From assembly GCA_963836185.1 (NCBI GenBank), contig CAWIIQ010000001.1, positions 2,048,001-2,112,000 on the forward strand: a stretch of 64,000 nt of DNA, written 5' to 3'. Shown here piece after piece: positions 60,830 through 64,000 of the stretch. The translations under genes were made by a program, and so were the position numbers. Origin of the DNA: Candidatus Krumholzibacteriia bacterium. Its GTDB lineage: Bacteria; Krumholzibacteriota; Krumholzibacteriia; Krumholzibacteriales; Krumholzibacteriaceae. The notes below the pieces were generated by a model. It was not told the origin of the DNA and did not search any database. It saw only the letters and a list, made by a program, of their open reading frames with translations. Each line of letters begins with the position of its first letter. Positions within the stretch are counted from its first letter, which is position 1.

Positions 60830-60859
60830 ACCGTCCCCTTTCCCTTTACAGGCTGCCGG

Positions 60860-63001
60860 TCAGCCGATATCGGCCAGTTCCATCCTGCCCCTATAATACC
60901 GCCGGAAATAATCCGCAACAACCCTGTTTTCAGGCGACTCGAGCCCCGGGTCCTCCGAGAGGAGTCTCCCGCTCTCCTCCCAGGACATCTGGACAAGATC
61001 ATTGTCGCTCAGCGGATTGATCAGCCTGAACGATGGATATCCCGATTGTCGCGTCCCCCATACCTCCCCGGGCCCGCGCATCTCCAGGTCTATCTCCGCC
61101 ACGCGGAACCCGTCCACTGTAGACGCGAACAACTCGAGCCTCTGACGCGCCTTTCCGGCTGTGTCCTCATCGATGAGAAGGTAACAGATCCCCTCTGATC
61201 CGCTCCTTCCGATCCTCCCCCTGAGCTGGTGAAGCTGGGCCAGGCCGAACCGTTCGGGATGATTGATCAGCAGCATGGAGGCGTTCGGAATATCGACGCC
61301 GACCTCTATCACAGTCGTAGTAACGAGTCCCAGGATCTCTCCCGCGCGGAACATCGATATCGCCTTCATCTTCTCCTCGAAACTCATCCTGCCATGGAGC
61401 AGTCCCAGGGGAAAACCGGAGAATTCCTCGGCCGAGAGACGTTCGAACTCCTCGGTGGCGGCCTTCAGCTCCATGCTCTCGCTCTCCTCTACCAGGGGAT
61501 AAAGGATGAATGCCTGTCTTCCCTCGCTCATATCGGAGCGCACCGATCGATAGACCGATTCTGATGCCCCCGTCGGCACCAGTTCGGTCCTGACCTTCCT
61601 GCTGCCGAACGGCATCTCGTCAATGATCGAAAGGTCGAGGTCACCGTAGACAGTCTGCGCCAGGCTCCTCGGTATCGGAGTAGCGGTCATCACCAGGAAA
61701 TGCGGAAGTATGTCTCCGGAACCGAGTGTCGCTCTCTGCCGCACCCCGAACCTGTGCTGCTCGTCGATAACGGCCAGGCCGAGCTGTCTGAACGTTATTG
61801 CTTCCTGTATCAGAGCGTGCGTGCCCACGACGAGATCGATCTCCCCCGAAGCGAGCTTTTTCTGTATACTTTTCTTTTCCGCCTGTCTCATCGAGCCGAG
61901 GAGCAGAGCGCTCGTGACATCGAGCCCTGAGAGGTATTTCTCTATTTTCATCGCGTGCTGCTGGGCGAGGATCTCGGTCGGAGCCATCATCGCGGCCTGA
62001 TGCCCCGCGCCGACGGCGAGAAGCATCGATGCAAGCCCTACGACCGTCTTTCCCGATCCGACATCTCCCTGGAGAAGTCTCGACAACCCTTTCTCACTCT
62101 CGACATCGGCCCTTATCTCTTTAAGCACCCTCTTCTGCGCCCCCGTCAGGGAGAAGGGAAGGTTCTCGAGAAATCGCCTCGCAAGGCTGTGCGGAGGCTC
62201 GATCCCGGGCCTTTTCTTCCCCTCGCGCACGAGGATCCGCCTCTCCCTTATCAGGAGGTGAAGAAAGAAGACCTCCTCGAACTTGAGCCTTCTGACAGCC
62301 TCATCGCGCCCCGCCTCATCTTCGGGATAGTGGATCTGGCCGAGCGCCTCCTCCCTGCCTGTCAGGCCCATCTCCGAGATGATCCGGGGCGGGAGGTTCT
62401 CCGGTATCATCCCGCTCGCGCGCTCGAGTGCCGCCTTTACTATCCTCCTCATCATCCTCTGTGAGATCCCCGCTGTCAGGGGATAAACGGGCGCGATCCT
62501 GCCGGCGTGAAGAAGCTGTTCGTCCTCACCGCCTCCAGTGATCTCCCACTCGGGCGCAGCCATCTGCTTCGTGTCCCTGTAAAGCTTGACCTGCCCACTC
62601 GCAATCACTTTCGAACCTTTGCGGAAATACTTTTCAAGATAGGGCTGGTTGAAAAAGACGAGCTGCAGGGCCCCTGTGCCGTCATCGATGGCGACGGTCA
62701 GCATGCTCCTGCGGGGGCCGAGCCTTCGCGAATGAGCGGTGAGGATCTCGCCGCTGACCGTGACCGTCTCCCCCGGAGAGGCCGATCCGATAGAAACGAG
62801 GCTGCTCCGGTCGTAATATCCCCTTGGATAATGCCTTATAAGATCGTCTACCGTCTCGATCCCCATCCTGGAGAGATGTTTCTGGCGTGCCGGGCCGACA
62901 CCCTTGAGATACTGGCTGCTCATCCCGAGTATCTTTTCTTCTCTCTTTTCACTGGCCATAAATCGCTTGCTTTCGAGGGGGTTATCCTCTAAATTAAACA
63001 C
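60860..63001 (-). CDS. recG: ATP-dependent DNA helicase RecG
   Basis: 'LKGVGP','[10 protein letters not shown]','[10 protein letters not shown]','[10 protein letters not shown]','[10 protein letters not shown]'. Confidence 0.97.
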   Translation of the reverse strand: MFNLEDNPLESKRFMASEKREEKILGMSSQYLKGVGPARQKHLSRMGIETVDDLIRHYPRGYYDRSSLVSIGSASPGETVTVSGEILTAHSRRLGPRRSMLTVAIDDGTGALQLVFFNQPYLEKYFRKGSKVIASGQVKLYRDTKQMAAPEWEITGGGEDEQLLHAGRIAPVYPLTAGISQRMMRRIVKAALERASGMIPENLPPRIISEMGLTGREEALGQIHYPEDEAGRDEAVRRLKFEEVFFLHLLIRERRILVREGKKRPGIEPPHSLARRFLENLPFSLTGAQKRVLKEIRADVESEKGLSRLLQGDVGSGKTVVGLASMLLAVGAGHQAAMMAPTEILAQQHAMKIEKYLSGLDVTSALLLGSMRQAEKKSIQKKLASGEIDLVVGTHALIQEAITFRQLGLAVIDEQHRFGVRQRATLGSGDILPHFLVMTATPIPRSLAQTVYGDLDLSIIDEMPFGSRKVRTELVPTGASESVYRSVRSDMSEGRQAFILYPLVEESESMELKAATEEFERLSAEEFSGFPLGLLHGRMSFEEKMKAISMFRAGEILGLVTTTVIEVGVDIPNASMLLINHPERFGLAQLHQLRGRIGRSGSEGICYLLIDEDTAGKARQRLELFASTVDGFRVAEIDLEMRGPGEVWGTRQSGYPSFRLINPLSDNDLVQMSWEESGRLLSEDPGLESPENRVVADYFRRYYRGRMELADIG

Positions 63002-63027
63002 TCGCTTACATGAAGCGGAGGAGTATC

Positions 63028-63225
63028 ATGAGCAGAGTCTGCGCGATATGCGGAAAAAAGCCGATGACGGGACACAACGTCAGCCACGCCCATAATCTTA
63101 CAAACCGCCGCTGGCTGCCGAATCTTCAGAAGATCCGTGTCGAGATAGACGGCAAAACGAAAAAGACCTACGTCTGCACGCAGTGCATCAAGGGCGGAGC
63201 GGCCAAGAAGGTAACTAAAAGCTAG
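63028..63225 (+). CDS. rpmB: 50S ribosomal protein L28 (Zn-binding form)
   Basis: '[17 protein letters not shown]...T.RRWLPNLQ...CTQC'. Confidence 0.95.
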   Translation: MSRVCAICGKKPMTGHNVSHAHNLTNRRWLPNLQKIRVEIDGKTKKTYVCTQCIKGGAAKKVTKS

Positions 63226-63269
63226 TGCCCTGCCCCCTTTCGACGCCGGTCTCTTTTCAATCGATATCA

Positions 63270-63300
63270 ACTGGCCGGGAAACCCTGTTTCCCGGCCAGT
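63270..63300. terminator. hairpin between convergent rpmB and OMP gene
   Basis: ACTGGCCGGGAAAC-CCT-GTTTCCCGGCCAGT. Confidence 0.75.
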
Positions 63301-63336
63301 CATCGTATTGATCTGCAGTGCGGTCACAACCGCTTC

Positions 63337-63909
63337 CTATCCGCCGATATTCCACGAGACCCCGAAGTTGAAGCTCCAGTAGTACTGTGTCTCATCAGCA
63401 TAGACGGCATGGTACTCAGGCTCGATGAAGAGCATTCCCATACCCTCGTAACCAGTGAGGAAAGCGATCCCGGCTCCCAGGGAAGCGCCCCCTGCGCTCT
63501 TCTGGCCGAGCTCCCCCTTGAAATCTCCACCGTAGCTGTATGACCCGCCCCGCAGGACCGCATACGGGCGGTATCTCGATTCCTTCAGAAACATATATGT
63601 GATACCGATATCTATCGGCATGAGATTTCCGTTGATGCTGACCGCATCGGTGATCTCCTTCTCGCCGAAGTTGTGATAGGCGAACCTGCCGCTCATGAGC
63701 AGACCGTCCGTTATCCAGTAGCCTATCCCGAACCCTACCCCTAAACCTGCTTCCGCGATCTCTGTCAGGTCACCTGTCGGAACATTGACGCTCAGTGGTA
63801 TCGAGAGCCAGTAGGTCCCCTTCTGTGCGGATACTCCGGAGGAAGATGCCGCAAGTACTGTCAACGCGATGACCAGAATCGCTGCTTTCCTCATCTCTAC
63901 TCCTTCCAT
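63337..63909 (-). CDS. outer-membrane beta-barrel (OmpA/OmpW-like) protein
   Basis: Signal peptide, 'P.GD','RPY','GAGI','FNFGVSW'. Confidence 0.7.
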   Translation of the reverse strand: MEGVEMRKAAILVIALTVLAASSSGVSAQKGTYWLSIPLSVNVPTGDLTEIAEAGLGVGFGIGYWITDGLLMSGRFAYHNFGEKEITDAVSINGNLMPIDIGITYMFLKESRYRPYAVLRGGSYSYGGDFKGELGQKSAGGASLGAGIAFLTGYEGMGMLFIEPEYHAVYADETQYYWSFNFGVSWNIGG

Positions 63910-64000
63910 GCATAGGTGGGATCTCTGTTAACTTGCGAGGATATTATAAACATCGGCGGCGTATCACTCAACAGCTTTAATCTATCTATCGATAGCGGCC

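Overview
GC-rich bacterial chromosomal window. The gene content suggests an FCB-like diderm lineage such as Krumholzibacteria/Latescibacteria; this is inference only. The left part (about 3.5-25.1 kb), between ppiD-like and tatA, is a sedentary chromosomal integron of the reversed type: intI (minus strand) points into its own array, attI lies downstream of the intI stop codon, and about 30 cassette-type genes follow on the same strand. The attC sites nearest attI (mostly a 96-100 bp family, plus one 63-bp foreign type) have intact cores and matching cassette-end complementarity. More distal attCs are progressively mutated, then reduced to stubs. The distal about 11 kb is a tightly packed run of cassette-like genes almost without attC. 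The right part (25-64 kb) is housekeeping: tatA, HIT, short glmU, panCB, dNK, folKB, dapL-like, CIRCE-controlled groESL, coaX, birA, nadC, uvrB, rodZ, valS, uppP, DGGGPS-like ubiA, wzi-like, recG and rpmB. It also holds a sigma54-preceded MglA GTPase with a long acidic tail, a zinc-ribbon protein with a RomX-like C-terminus, and a PatA/PimA-like glycolipid operon. Single-base frameshifts in conserved housekeeping genes (glmU, uvrB, tatA) point to long-read indel errors, so all frameshift and pseudogene calls are provisional. No rRNA, tRNA or CRISPR array was recognised.
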